Shown: piece after piece, positions 1-10,246 of the stretch
How the letters are laid out: the number at the start of each line of letters is the position of its first letter
Numbering within the stretch: position 1 is the first letter of the stretch
NCBI GenBank assembly: GCA_964599405.1
Contig: CAZRED010000001.1
Span: 149,942-213,941, forward strand
DNA from: an uncultured Candidatus Saccharibacteria bacterium
GTDB taxonomy: Bacteria; Patescibacteriota; UBA1384; 2-12-FULL-50-11
DNA length: 64,000 bases
Reading direction: 5' to 3'
Translations under genes and position numbers: made by a program
Notes under the pieces: generated by a model
The model's database searches: none
What the model saw: only the letters and a program-made list of their open reading frames with translations
Told to the model about the DNA's origin: nothing

Positions 1-1291
1 CGTAAAATTCGATAATCACTTCCGACAGCGGCGCCTCGTAGCGACAAATTACTCGGTCGCCGACATACTCAACCGTTACAAAATTCATCCGATAGCGCGA
101 ACAGAGTTCGCTAATTGTGCCGTAGTAGCGATTAGGCCCAACAATCTCTAGATCCACCCACGGCTCTTCTTGCACATCACCGGTAAACTTGTAGGCCACG
201 GTGGGAGTAGTGACTAGAACCGAGACATCGAACTCGCGATTTAGGCGCTCTTTAACAATTTCCATATGTAATAGTCCTAAAAAGCCAATATTATAGCCTG
301 GCCCGAGTGCCTTCGAGTGGATTGGCTCGTAGGTAAGCGAAGCGTCGTTGAGCTGAAGCTTTTCCAGGGCTTGAGCTAATAACCGTTCCTCGCCCGGCTC
401 CGGAAAAAACGAGGCGTACAGCATTGGCTTGGGTGTTTGGTAGCCCTCCAGTGCCGTGGCCGTGCTGCCCGCTTCGACAATGGTATCGCCCACCCGACAG
501 TCGCGAACAGTTTTTAAACCGGTGGCAACGTAACCGATCCCGCCGTTTTCTAACACCTCTTGGGCAACGCGTTTGATTTGCATATACCCCGTTTGGACGC
601 AGTCGAACTGGGCGGTAGTAGCGCGCATCAATAGCCGCTGTTGCCTAGACAACTGGCCGTCGATGACTTTGACATATGCTACGGCACCAAGGTACTGATC
701 AAAAAACGAATCGAAAACCAACGCTCGTAGTGGCTTGTCAGAAGTTTGGATCGGGGCAGGAATTCGGCCGACAATGGCGTGTAATAGGTCATTAACCCCC
801 TCGCCGGTTTTGCCGGACACAAAGCAGACATCGTTCAAGCTACAGTCCAGCAAGTTCATCACTTGTGCGGCCGTGTCTTCCACTTGAGCTGTTGGTAGGT
901 CAATTTTGTTGACCACCGGAATTACAATAAGCCCCAGTTTTTGAACCAAATGGAGGTTGGTTAATGTCTGAGCTTGAATACCCTGGCTGGCGTCAACCAA
1001 CAAAACCACCCCCTCCACCGCTGCCAGCGAGCGAGAAACTTCGTAGCCAAAATCCACATGGCCGGGGGTGTCGATTAGGTTAAGCTGAAAATCCCGACCA
1101 TCGTGACGGTAGAACATTCGAGCGGGGTTGAGTTTGATAGTAATGCCCTTTTCTTTTTCCAGATCCATTGTGTCGAGCATTTGATCGCCGCTGCCAACTT
1201 TTACGGTTCCAGTTTTCTCTAGCAAACGATCGGCCAGTGTCGACTTGCCGTGATCAATATGAGCAATGATGGCGAAATTCCGGATTTGCAT
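1..1291 (-). CDS. lepA: Elongation factor 4 (LepA), 3'-truncated by the window edge
   Basis: Reverse-strand translation from ATG at 1289-1291 gives MQIRNFAIIAHIDHGKSTLADRLLE...NLIDTPGHVDFGYEVSRSL, the canonical translational GTPase G1-G3 motifs of LepA. The ORF runs off the window start. Confidence 0.9.
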   Translation of the reverse strand, partial: MQIRNFAIIAHIDHGKSTLADRLLEKTGTVKVGSGDQMLDTMDLEKEKGITIKLNPARMFYRHDGRDFQLNLIDTPGHVDFGYEVSRSLAAVEGVVLLVDASQGIQAQTLTNLHLVQKLGLIVIPVVNKIDLPTAQVEDTAAQVMNLLDCSLNDVCFVSGKTGEGVNDLLHAIVGRIPAPIQTSDKPLRALVFDSFFDQYLGAVAYVKVIDGQLSRQQRLLMRATTAQFDCVQTGYMQIKRVAQEVLENGGIGYVATGLKTVRDCRVGDTIVEAGSTATALEGYQTPKPMLYASFFPEPGEERLLAQALEKLQLNDASLTYEPIHSKALGPGYNIGFLGLLHMEIVKERLNREFDVSVLVTTPTVAYKFTGDVQEEPWVDLEIVGPNRYYGTISELCSRYRMNFVTVEYVGDRVICRYEAPLSEVIIEFY

Positions 1292-1428
1292 ACCTGTTAA
1301 TTCTACCTGAAAACCTATAAAAAATCCCTACCTGTACAGAAAGAAATAGGCCAGTGCGCCCAAAACAAGTAATCCAAAAATCGCCACAAAAATCATGCAC
1401 GAAAAACCGCGGCGGTGCCGAGATTTAT

Positions 1429-3042
1429 CTACGTCTCGATAGAATTCTTCTCTGGTTGAATGAGGCGCCATTGTTCAAGTTTTAAGACCTTACTCCAAGC
1501 GATATAGAAAACCATCCCGACAAGCAAGCCGAAAATGATTTCCACGAAGCGGCGGACCGACCCCCCGACACCGAGCTGGGCGCTAAAAGTCGGGGCAAAT
1601 TTTTCGGCGATAATAAAAACGGTTGTCGTGATGCCAACACCCAATAGCAGCGGCAAAAAGTTGAAACGTCGGTCGGCGTCAAACAGAATCTCCCGAATCG
1701 GCAGGCGGAGCGAGAAAAAGAGCAGTATAGCATTGAGCGCCGAACCAATCGAAAAGGCTAGTGATAGACCAGCAACACCCAGATTGGTAGATTGGGCAAA
1801 ATATTCGGCCAGCAGCCAGGCACTACCTAACGAAACTAAGCTAATGGTGGTGGGAATAATGGTGTTGTTTTGGGCAAAGAACGCTCGAGCCAGTAGTAAC
1901 ACCGTAGCCTGAAAGAAAAGTGAGATAACAAAATAGGTAAACGTCGTCACCGCTAGTTGAGTTTCGGCTGGATCAATGCTCTGCCCCAGCGATATATAGA
2001 GGCCAATAATTTGCTCGCGAAAAACCAAGAGAAACGCCATCGTCGGCAGGAATACGTAAAGAATGAATCTTAGAGCCTTCCCAACTAACGCCCGAAACTC
2101 GGTGAGCTGGGCTTTAGCAAAATGTCGGGCAAAGTCCGGCAAAATCGCCATGGCCAACGTATTGGCCAACAACAAAACCGGTGCGGTTTGAAGGTCGTCG
2201 GTTAAGCGGTAAATCGCAATCGAGCCGTCGGGAAAATTCGAGGCGATCCGGTAGAAAACAATTAGTAACAATTGGGTGCCGGTCAGCGCAATTGTCCGGG
2301 GGATCATCAGCCGCACTACCCGAGCAATATGCTGATTACCAAAACCCAGCTCGAATTGGAATCTCCACCCCAACCGCAACAGACTAGGTAGCTGGACTAA
2401 GAAGTGGGCGGCAGCACCTAATACCACGCCAAAAACCAGTACCGACAGGCCGTACTGGGGAATTAAGGTGGCCGCCGAGATGATCGCCAAGTTGTAGATA
2501 ATCGGCGACAAAGCTGGCGCAAAAAATAGCCGCTTGGCTTGCAGAGCCGAACTGGAAAGTTGGGAGACGGTGAAGAAAAGCGGCGAAAGTAATAATACTT
2601 GGGACAGGGTAGTGGTAAGACGCAGCTCCTCGCCGGTAAAGCCGGGGAAAAGACGCGGTGTCACTAATGGTAGTACAAAGTAGAGCACTACCAGCCCCAA
2701 CATCACCGCGATAATGCCAGTACTAATTAAGACGTTGAAAGTGTGCCAAAACTTTTTCTGATCACCTTCCGTATCAATCTGGACCAGTAGTGGCAGAATG
2801 GCCGAGGAAAGAGCGCCGACAATTAAAATACTGTAGAGCAAGTCCGGAAGGGCAAAAGCACTATAGTAGGTGTCGAGCGGGCCAATTGAGCCATAGGTTA
2901 ACCCGACGCGATTGGCGATAATAATATTGCGCGTCAAACCTAAAACGTTGCTGATTAGCACCGTCACAAAAAGAATGCCGGCGGCTTGCTTAAGATTGTT
3001 TGATTTGTGGAATAGTCCGGCCAACCGGCGCAGGGCAGTCAT
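1429..3042 (-). CDS. murJ: Lipid II flippase MurJ (MviN family)
   Basis: 537 aa polytopic membrane protein. N-terminus KQAAGILFVTVLISNVLGLTRNIIIANRVGLTY is typical of MurJ/MviN. Confidence 0.8.
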   Translation of the reverse strand: MTALRRLAGLFHKSNNLKQAAGILFVTVLISNVLGLTRNIIIANRVGLTYGSIGPLDTYYSAFALPDLLYSILIVGALSSAILPLLVQIDTEGDQKKFWHTFNVLISTGIIAVMLGLVVLYFVLPLVTPRLFPGFTGEELRLTTTLSQVLLLSPLFFTVSQLSSSALQAKRLFFAPALSPIIYNLAIISAATLIPQYGLSVLVFGVVLGAAAHFLVQLPSLLRLGWRFQFELGFGNQHIARVVRLMIPRTIALTGTQLLLIVFYRIASNFPDGSIAIYRLTDDLQTAPVLLLANTLAMAILPDFARHFAKAQLTEFRALVGKALRFILYVFLPTMAFLLVFREQIIGLYISLGQSIDPAETQLAVTTFTYFVISLFFQATVLLLARAFFAQNNTIIPTTISLVSLGSAWLLAEYFAQSTNLGVAGLSLAFSIGSALNAILLFFSLRLPIREILFDADRRFNFLPLLLGVGITTTVFIIAEKFAPTFSAQLGVGGSVRRFVEIIFGLLVGMVFYIAWSKVLKLEQWRLIQPEKNSIET

Positions 3043-3048
3043 TCGGTC

Positions 3049-4359
3049 TTAGTGTACCCGCAGCAGCCGCACCAGAACTAGCCCAGTCGTGAGCAGAATT
3101 ACTAACACTGCCAATACTATCAACTGGACACTGCGGGTAAACGGCAGCGTCTGGTTAATGGTTTGATCGGGCTCCGCCAGTTGCTCAACTGTTGGATCAA
3201 ATAGTAGGGAAGTTCGAGCGATAACCACTTCACCAGCCACCGCTTCCACTACCACTTTTTGTTTTTGGCTGGATAGTGTTTGAACTCGGACTCTTGGTAA
3301 TGTGTCGTCGGCTGCTGTGATAGTCGCTTCACCCGTGACAATGCGAAAGATGACGGAGTTGGTGTCCGCCGCGCCACCATCAACCGTGCGCAGCTTGCCG
3401 TAGACGTCGCTCTCCCGGCTGGTGACCGGCGCCACAGCCAGCAGCTGACTGGTTTCGGCACTGGCTGGTTGGGCCGAAGCTAATGGAGTGGTAAAAGTTT
3501 TTATCTGCGAAGCAGTACTGGTGTCTCCGGTAACAGTGAGGGTACTGACCCGGAAAAAATATTGCTCGCCAGGTAACAGACCGCTCAAACGAATAGCTTG
3601 GTTGGCGTCAGAGGTAGAACCAACAACTTTTTGCGACAGATTGTTGGCGGACACTCCGAAACGAACCTCTACCTGCCCCAGGTAGCGCAGTTGGGCTAAT
3701 ACCACCGCTTCGGTTGGGTACGGCACTACTTCCACTCGGGATATTTGCTGAATCGTCCCCAATTTTTCCCTGGGTTGTTCAACTATTTCTGGCGCTGTTA
3801 CCGCGTCGCTACTAGCTCCACTGCTAATTTGCCCGACGCTGCCTTGAGTAGAAACAACGGCATTGTAGAGGGCGGTGGCTCCTTCTGGGTCGATAGCCGA
3901 GATGATCGTCCGGCTCGGATCAATAGCAATTGTCGTGGCAGATTCAACTAATGCTTTGAAGCTAATCAACCCCACCGATATGTCGCCACGCAGTTGAGCA
4001 ACTAGTCCGTGGCTTGGCGCCGGGATAAACGCCCAGAGGGTTTCGCCGGCTTCGTTAACGGTTTTGCTGGTAGTAAAATCGCTGGCCGGTGTAATCCCCA
4101 CGTACTCCAGTTGGGTTTCGTCGTAAGTCACAGCCACTTGCCCAGCCACGATAAAGGCCGGTATGGAGAAATTGGAGCGCAGCGTCAGCTCCACCGTCCC
4201 GCTGGGCTGAACAGAAAAACTGGTAGGCGTAACGTAAAAACTCGATTGACTTTCAGCCGCTTTAAAGACAATTCGCTGCAAAAACACCGAACCCAGCAGT
4301 AGTACTAGTGTGACAAACGTGACAAAGACAAAGGCCAGCCGGGTGCTCTTCACAGCCAC
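3049..4359 (-). CDS. Membrane-anchored extracellular protein with a fibronectin-III-like domain
   Basis: N-terminal TM helix and C-terminal TM helix. Internal GLLPGEQYFFRVSTLTVTGDTS matches the FN3 signature. Confidence 0.5.
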   Translation of the reverse strand: MAVKSTRLAFVFVTFVTLVLLLGSVFLQRIVFKAAESQSSFYVTPTSFSVQPSGTVELTLRSNFSIPAFIVAGQVAVTYDETQLEYVGITPASDFTTSKTVNEAGETLWAFIPAPSHGLVAQLRGDISVGLISFKALVESATTIAIDPSRTIISAIDPEGATALYNAVVSTQGSVGQISSGASSDAVTAPEIVEQPREKLGTIQQISRVEVVPYPTEAVVLAQLRYLGQVEVRFGVSANNLSQKVVGSTSDANQAIRLSGLLPGEQYFFRVSTLTVTGDTSTASQIKTFTTPLASAQPASAETSQLLAVAPVTSRESDVYGKLRTVDGGAADTNSVIFRIVTGEATITAADDTLPRVRVQTLSSQKQKVVVEAVAGEVVIARTSLLFDPTVEQLAEPDQTINQTLPFTRSVQLIVLAVLVILLTTGLVLVRLLRVH

Positions 4360-4871
4360 TCCTTGCCATCAGGACGCTTTTCGCCAACACCATAATTTAG
4401 CCGCACCAGCGCTAAGTCTTCACTGGTAACAAAACTATCCAAATCGACATCACCAGTTAGCTGGTCGCTAAACAGGTTATTAATTACGATGGCTTCGTCG
4501 CGCTCGTCAATAACGTTGTCGGCATTAACGTCGCCGATCCGTGGCGTAACAACGTAACGTGCCACGCTTTTGCTGTAGGAAATAGACAACGGTAAGGCCT
4601 GGGGAAGGAGTAGGTAAACCGTGTCCCGCTCCCCGAGAGTGATATTGTCAAGGTTGATTGACCGACAGTTGGTAACCGGGGCATTAATCACCATTGTAAG
4701 ATTGCTGGCGTAGAGCAGCTTCGCCTGCTCCGGACAATAACGCTCCGGCAGGTTGGCTAAGGAAATTGTTTGCCCAACGCTTTGTTGGTTAGCCGCCTTC
4801 GGCCAAGTAACAATGGCATACGCCGCCAATCCCACCAAACCAGTCAAAACCAGGAGGTAAAAATACCGCAT
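4350..4871 (-). CDS. Secreted dockerin-like domain protein
   Basis: Signal peptide. C-terminus carries two Ca-binding F-hand-type loops, GDVNADNVIDERDEAIV and GDVDLDSFVTSEDLALV (D-x-N/D-x-D...D spacing as in dockerin type I). Confidence 0.5.
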   Translation of the reverse strand: MRYFYLLVLTGLVGLAAYAIVTWPKAANQQSVGQTISLANLPERYCPEQAKLLYASNLTMVINAPVTNCRSINLDNITLGERDTVYLLLPQALPLSISYSKSVARYVVTPRIGDVNADNVIDERDEAIVINNLFSDQLTGDVDLDSFVTSEDLALVRLNYGVGEKRPDGKEWL

Positions 4872-4895
4872 AATTGTAGCCTAACACACCTGTCA

Positions 4896-5159
4896 CTAAT
4901 ATTCCCTGGGAGCGTGTTGGCGGTAGACGTAACGAGACAGCCACCACAGCAGTACAAATAGTCCGACCAGCAGCCCATTAATCAGCAGCAGCGTTTCAGT
5001 AAGTGTCACGTCGGCCCTCACTGCCCCCTCGGACGCTTGCAGGAGAAACTGCTTGCCGTAGAGAAAAACTACTACCAGGTTGGCTAGTACGACACAGACA
5101 ATAAAAAGAGTGGCGTAGATTTTGACGAAGCGTTTCATTGGTTTATTAGTTTGATTCAA
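4896..5159 (-). CDS. Small 2-TM membrane protein
   Basis: 87 aa with two hydrophobic helices. No recognisable family. Confidence 0.3.
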   Translation of the reverse strand: MNQTNKPMKRFVKIYATLFIVCVVLANLVVVFLYGKQFLLQASEGAVRADVTLTETLLLINGLLVGLFVLLWWLSRYVYRQHAPREY

Positions 5160-5180
5160 GCATTGCGTTAAGATGTAGTC

Positions 5181-6776
5181 ATGGCCAAATTACATCGTAC
5201 GGTCTTGATGGGGTTGGGACAAGTAATTCTCGCCCTGTTCTTACTAACAACCGCTTCTCCTGTCAGAGCAGCCGCTCCCATCAATTCATTGGATGTATCT
5301 ATTAACTTGGAAAAGACCGGCCTAGTTACCATCACCCAAGCTATCCAATATGTAACTCCCCAGCAATTAAGCTGGACCCTCTCTTCGCCAGAACGTGGCT
5401 TGAATGTTACCGCCGACGGGAAATTTAGTGAGGTAAAAACCCGTGAACGGAGCGGCAGCACGTTGGTAACGGCCACGACTTTTGCCCGCAATTGGCAGCT
5501 GCAGTACCAGACACCGAGCAGCTTAATTCGCCACAATAACCGCGACCAATTATTTCTGAAAGTTTTCGACCAACCTGGATCGACGATTTATGCGGTTTCG
5601 ATAACGTTCAACCTACCGGGTGTTGTTACCGGTAGCCAACTCACCGGCAATGTCTATGCTATCGGCGGCGTCGAAAACCCCCAGACAACCACCAGCTCCC
5701 CCGACCAACTTCACTACTCCGCCGATTTCGCTGGACCGAGCTCACTTCTGACCGTCAACGCCAATTGGGCGAAAGATGTGCTCGTCCTATCGGCCGTTCA
5801 GGAAGCCCAACTGGCTTTCTACCAGCTTGATGCCGCCCCCTGGCTAGCATTGGGAGTACTGTTGCCACTAGCTAGCCTAATTGTTCTAGCCCGCCTACTT
5901 TTCGCCCAGCGCCGCAGCGAGAGGGTGGTTACAGCCACCAATCCAAAGTTGCCCTCCGCTGCCCCAGCCGTTATCGCTGGCGTACTGGTCCGGAAAAAAA
6001 TCTACCCAGAAGAAATCGCTGCCTTAATTATCGACCTCTGCCAGCGCGGCTACTTACTAATTGTGAAGCGATCGGGAGTGTACTACCTAGTAAGACGCAA
6101 ACCGGCCGACGAAGCCCTCCAAGATTGGGAGCGAAAAATTGTCGATGAATTACTGCCCGTCAACGATCAAACAGGCAGCGAACCAAATTTGCACCAACTG
6201 GGTAGCCAAGCCCTCTACAGCCCGAAAGTCCGCAGCGCCTTCAACAGTATCTACCAAATCGTCACTAACCAAGGCTACTTCACCGAAAACCCCCACCAAA
6301 CCCGAATTCAGTACAAGCTTTTCGCCCTTTTTCTCTATTTCGCTAGTGCTGCCGGGATGGTTTGGTTGGCCGTTTCCGCTGGCAGCCCGTACTTGATTTT
6401 ACCGCTGGCTGGAACGATTATCATTTCACAGCTGATTATTAGAACTTCGCCGCAGATTGCTCACTACAGCGCTAAGGGGATTGCGGAGCGGCAAAAGTGG
6501 CTGGAGTTTGCCAACTTTTTAGCTGAGACTAAACCGTTACCTTTTGAGATGGCTCGCAACCATACATTTGAAAAATACTTGCCGTACGCGGTCGCCCTAG
6601 AAAAAACCTTACCGTGGGCCAAGCGCTTTGACTACTCCAGCATCACCATTTTGAAACCGGACTGGTTTGTGGCCTACGAAGACAGCTCAACCGTTGAGTT
6701 CGCTAAAGAAATTACGGCTTTCGTCAACGAAATATCAACTGGTATTACGACGCTGCGGGGACCGTTAGTGGGCTGA
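5181..6776 (+). CDS. DUF2207-like membrane protein (signal peptide, extracellular domain, C-terminal TM bundle)
   Basis: 531 aa. N-terminal signal, a TM helix near residue 220 and two or three helices near residue 380 give a DUF2207-type topology. Confidence 0.45.
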   Translation: MAKLHRTVLMGLGQVILALFLLTTASPVRAAAPINSLDVSINLEKTGLVTITQAIQYVTPQQLSWTLSSPERGLNVTADGKFSEVKTRERSGSTLVTATTFARNWQLQYQTPSSLIRHNNRDQLFLKVFDQPGSTIYAVSITFNLPGVVTGSQLTGNVYAIGGVENPQTTTSSPDQLHYSADFAGPSSLLTVNANWAKDVLVLSAVQEAQLAFYQLDAAPWLALGVLLPLASLIVLARLLFAQRRSERVVTATNPKLPSAAPAVIAGVLVRKKIYPEEIAALIIDLCQRGYLLIVKRSGVYYLVRRKPADEALQDWERKIVDELLPVNDQTGSEPNLHQLGSQALYSPKVRSAFNSIYQIVTNQGYFTENPHQTRIQYKLFALFLYFASAAGMVWLAVSAGSPYLILPLAGTIIISQLIIRTSPQIAHYSAKGIAERQKWLEFANFLAETKPLPFEMARNHTFEKYLPYAVALEKTLPWAKRFDYSSITILKPDWFVAYEDSSTVEFAKEITAFVNEISTGITTLRGPLVG

Positions 6777-7310
6777 AGCCTCGTTGGCGCTGATTGAAAA
6801 AAGTCGCACTGATGCTTTACCGACAATATAACTCTCCGGTACTGGTCCCCAGGCTCGGGAGTCGGAGCTGTTGCTACGGTTGTCGCCAAGCACAAAGTAT
6901 TCGTCTTCAGTTAGTTGCCTAGTTAAATCCGGAGTTGTTGCTAAGTCTTTCGGTAAGTAAGCCTCCGGCACTGCCTGGCCGTTAACGGAAACCAGTCCGC
7001 CGGTAATTGTGACTGTTTCTCCGGGCAAGCCGATTACCCGCTTAATAAAACGTTTGTCGGTTTCGCCGGGAAAAAACATTGCCACCACGTCGCCGCGCTT
7101 CGGATTGCTAACTTGATATGTTATTTTACTAACTGCCAAGACTTCACCGTCGTGGTAATTTGGCTCCATACTAGCCCCGCGAACTACCAAGACCGAGTAG
7201 AAAAAGTAATGGGTAATTAACCCGACAACTAAAAGTATAGTCGCCAATTTCGAAAAATCGTAGAGCCAACCAGAAAACCAAAAAAGCCTGTCTGTTATCC
7301 CCTCGCGCAT
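6765..7310 (-). CDS. lepB: Signal peptidase I (S26)
   Basis: GASMEPNYHDGEVLAVSK, RGDVVAMFFPG, KRVIGLPGETV and VLGDNRSNSSDSR match S26 boxes B-E. The ORF opens at 7415, but the internal Met (MREGITD...) at 7310 avoids overlap with ftsH. Confidence 0.8.
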   Translation of the reverse strand: MREGITDRLFWFSGWLYDFSKLATILLVVGLITHYFFYSVLVVRGASMEPNYHDGEVLAVSKITYQVSNPKRGDVVAMFFPGETDKRFIKRVIGLPGETVTITGGLVSVNGQAVPEAYLPKDLATTPDLTRQLTEDEYFVLGDNRSNSSDSRAWGPVPESYIVGKASVRLFSISANEASAH

Positions 7311-7323
7311 TTGTTTTGTTTGT

Positions 7324-9138
7324 TTACCTAGCTGGCTTAAGTGTAGCAAAGATTGCCGAGAGCTCGCTGTCTTCCAGTGTTTCCTGCTCCAGCAAGGAGC
7401 TAGCCATCTGGTCAAGCACTTGGCGGTGTTTCTTTAAGAGGGCTAGCGCTTGTTTCCAGGCTCGATCAACCATGGTGAAAATCTCCCGGTCAATTTTAGC
7501 GGCTAGTTCTTCGGAATTGGTTTTATGCATGCCTAGCTCACGACCTAAGAAGACCATCTCTTCCCGTTCGCCCATTTTAATTGGCCCGAGCGGGCTCATC
7601 CCGAAAATCATTATCATGTTGCGGGCAATAGTGGTGGCTCGATCCAAATCGTTACTGGCACCGGTCGTGATGCTTTTGAATACTAATTCTTCAGCCGCGC
7701 GGCCACCCAGCAATTGAACAATTTCCTGCTCGAATTTGGCTTTGGAAATTAGTTTACGATCTTCGCTCGGCAAGCTCAAAGTGTAGCCCAGCGCCATTCC
7801 CCGCGAGACAATCGAAACTTTATGAACGTCGTCCAGCTCTGGCAGGAGGTGACCGATTATGGCGTGTCCGGCTTCGTGATAGGCGACAATTTTTCGCTCA
7901 TCTTCTTTCATTAAGTGGCTGGTTCGCTCCGGCCCCAGCAGGGTTTTTTCAATCGCCTGGCGCAAGTGTTTTTGGCTGATTTTTTTCTTGTTTTCCCGGG
8001 CGGCTAAAATCGCCGCTTCGTTAACAACATTGCGCAAATCCGCTCCCGACAAACCGGGGGTGGATTTAGCGGTTTCGGAAAAGTTAACAGTGCTGTCAAA
8101 TGGTTTGTTTTTGGAGTGGATCTTCAAAATCTCTTCGCGTTCTTGGCGATCTGGTAAATCCAGCACGACCTTGCGGTCAAACCGGCCCGGGCGCATCAGC
8201 GCTGGGTCCAACACATCTGGCCGGTTAGTAGCGGCCAAAACAATAACATTAACGTCGGTCTCGAAGCCGTCCATCTCCACCAGGATTTGGTTAAGGGTTT
8301 GTTCACGCTCATCGTGCGAGCCGCCCAGGCCAGCACCGCGCTGGCGACCAACGGCATCCAGCTCGTCGATGAAAATCACCGTCGGCGAAAGTTTCTTGGC
8401 TTTATTAAATAAGTCACGGACCCGGGAAGCCCCGACACCGACAAACATCTCGACAAACTCAGAGGCCGATAGCGACATGAACGGCACGGCGGCTTCACCG
8501 GCGACCGCTTTGGCCAGTAGGGTTTTACCGACACCGGCCGGACCGACCAGCAAGACACCGCGGGGGATTTCTGCGCCGAGAGCTTGGAACTTTTTCGGAT
8601 TTTTCAAAAATTCCACGATTTCCACCAGCTCCTGTTTGGCGTGTTTCAAGCCAGCGACATCGGCAAAAGTCACTTTATTAGCACCGGCATACGGCCGGGC
8701 ACTGGTTTTGCCAAACGACATCGCCTGGGAGTTGCCGCTACGAGCCTGACGGCTCAAGTACCAAAACAGCCCACCGAGCAGTAAGAACGGCAATATAATA
8801 GAAGCAAGCGTGCCCCAAATCGCCCCGGCATCAGGGTCTTTAATGTCAACAATCGTTTTTTCTTGGGTGATGCCATAGTCTTTCAGACCTTGGCTAGCCT
8901 CTTTGTAACCTAGTAGTTTTTTACCTTCGCGGGTTTCGGCGGTAATTTTATTGCCTTCCACCACAACTCGCTCAATATTGCCCTGCTCAACCTGTTTGGC
9001 GATATCGGAGATTGCTACTTCTTCAACAGCCGGATTGCCGCCGAGCGCAAAAAGGCTCCAGATCACCAGCCCTAGAAAAACTAGGGTGAGCACCGAAAAA
9101 GTTTGTCGCCAAAACCGGTTCCTGTTTGTCATTGCCAT
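7324..9138 (-). CDS. ftsH: ATP-dependent zinc metalloprotease FtsH
   Basis: 604 aa with two N-terminal TM helices. Walker A GPAGVGKT, AAA SRH region and zinc motif HEAGHAI are present. Confidence 0.95.
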   Translation of the reverse strand: MAMTNRNRFWRQTFSVLTLVFLGLVIWSLFALGGNPAVEEVAISDIAKQVEQGNIERVVVEGNKITAETREGKKLLGYKEASQGLKDYGITQEKTIVDIKDPDAGAIWGTLASIILPFLLLGGLFWYLSRQARSGNSQAMSFGKTSARPYAGANKVTFADVAGLKHAKQELVEIVEFLKNPKKFQALGAEIPRGVLLVGPAGVGKTLLAKAVAGEAAVPFMSLSASEFVEMFVGVGASRVRDLFNKAKKLSPTVIFIDELDAVGRQRGAGLGGSHDEREQTLNQILVEMDGFETDVNVIVLAATNRPDVLDPALMRPGRFDRKVVLDLPDRQEREEILKIHSKNKPFDSTVNFSETAKSTPGLSGADLRNVVNEAAILAARENKKKISQKHLRQAIEKTLLGPERTSHLMKEDERKIVAYHEAGHAIIGHLLPELDDVHKVSIVSRGMALGYTLSLPSEDRKLISKAKFEQEIVQLLGGRAAEELVFKSITTGASNDLDRATTIARNMIMIFGMSPLGPIKMGEREEMVFLGRELGMHKTNSEELAAKIDREIFTMVDRAWKQALALLKKHRQVLDQMASSLLEQETLEDSELSAIFATLKPAR

Positions 9139-9223
9139 AATTTTACACGCAACGGCGAAAAATTCAATCAGCCTAACTGGTTTGGCTGGATTTTTTCAAC
9201 CTAATACTGTAAAATTGTTAATT

Positions 9224-9294
9224 AGCGGGGTGGAGGAATGGCACCTCGGGTGGCTCATAACCACCAGTTGCACGTTCGAATCGTGCCCCCGCTA
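9224..9294 (+). tRNA. tRNA with CAU anticodon (Met, fMet or Ile2)
   Basis: Folded by hand. Acceptor AGCGGGG/CCCCGCT, D-arm GAGG-AATGGCA-CCTC, anticodon arm GGTGG-CTCATAA-CCACC, T-arm GCACG-TTCGAAT-CGTGC, discriminator A. Confidence 0.7.
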
Positions 9295-9394
9295 CAAAAA
9301 GAAAGGCCGCCCAACCGGGCGGTTTTTCTTGATAGGCCAACCAAAATGAACTAAAGTCGACTTTACTAGTCAGCGATATGAACGACTGTTACAT

Positions 9395-10114
9395 ATGAAC
9401 AATCCCATGAGTCACCAGGTAAAAATTCACGGCGCCCAAACCAGCATTTTGCGCGAGCTGTTGTTTAAGCCGGTGATGGGTTATGCCGAGCTACAGAAGC
9501 CCACTGGCCTAACCAGCGACCACTTCAACTTTCACATCAAAAGGCTTGTTGATGTTGGATTTGTAGAAAAATCCAAAAACGGTCAGTACAAATTAACGTC
9601 GCGTGGCAAAGAATACGCCAATAAGCTCGATACCGACCAAAACACCATCGAACAACAACCGAAAACTACGGTAATCTTAGCGATCACCCGTCAGCGCCAG
9701 GGCGAAACCGAATACCTTTTCCAAAAGCGGTTGAAGCATCCGTATTACGGCTATTGGGGCTTCCCCACCGGAAAAATCCGCTGGGGGGAAACGGTTTTAG
9801 AGACCGCGGCGCGCGAGCTAAAAGAAGAGACCGGACTGGAAGCCAAACACGCCTTCAAAGGAATCTACCACGAGCACGTCTACCAAGAAGAGTCGGGAGA
9901 GCTGCTGGAAGATAAATTATTCTTTATTGTCAGCTGCACCGATACAACGGGGGACTTGATCGAAGAGTTTGAGGGCGGCAAGAACGCCTGGGTTACCCTG
10001 AAAGAAATGGAGACAAAAAAAGTTTTTAACAGCTACCAGCTGGAGCTAGAAGTCGCCCAGGGCAAGCACCGCTTCGTTGAACAAATCCACAAATACTCCA
10101 AAGAGGAGTTTTAA
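9395..10114 (+). CDS. Winged-helix DNA-binding domain fused to a NUDIX hydrolase
   Basis: N-terminal HTH-like region. Nudix box GFPTGKIRWGETVLETAARELKEETGL is present. Confidence 0.7.
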   Translation: MNNPMSHQVKIHGAQTSILRELLFKPVMGYAELQKPTGLTSDHFNFHIKRLVDVGFVEKSKNGQYKLTSRGKEYANKLDTDQNTIEQQPKTTVILAITRQRQGETEYLFQKRLKHPYYGYWGFPTGKIRWGETVLETAARELKEETGLEAKHAFKGIYHEHVYQEESGELLEDKLFFIVSCTDTTGDLIEEFEGGKNAWVTLKEMETKKVFNSYQLELEVAQGKHRFVEQIHKYSKEEF

Positions 10115-10170
10115 TATTGCTCTTCGTTTCGTTTAAATTATCACCGTTTCTTGCTACAATTTACAGGTTC

Positions 10171-10243
10171 GCCGGTGTAGCTCAACGGTTAGAGCGAAGC
10201 ACTCATAACGCTTAGGCAGGTGGTTCAACTCCACCCATCGGCA
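10171..10243 (+). tRNA. tRNA with CAU anticodon (Met or Ile2)
   Basis: Acceptor GCCGGTG/CATCGGC, D-arm GCTC-AACGGTT-AGAGC, anticodon loop CTCATAA, T-arm GGTGG-TTCAACT-CCACC. Confidence 0.7.
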
Positions 10244-10246
10244 CGA

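Noticed and set aside
7311-7415. 5' extension of lepB overlapping the ftsH 3' end
   Set aside because: The internal Met at 7310 precedes the TM helix, removes the overlap and fits a normal signal-peptidase N-terminus.
7988-8749. 253-aa ORF on the plus strand
   Set aside because: Antisense shadow of ftsH with a low-complexity Ser/Arg-rich translation.
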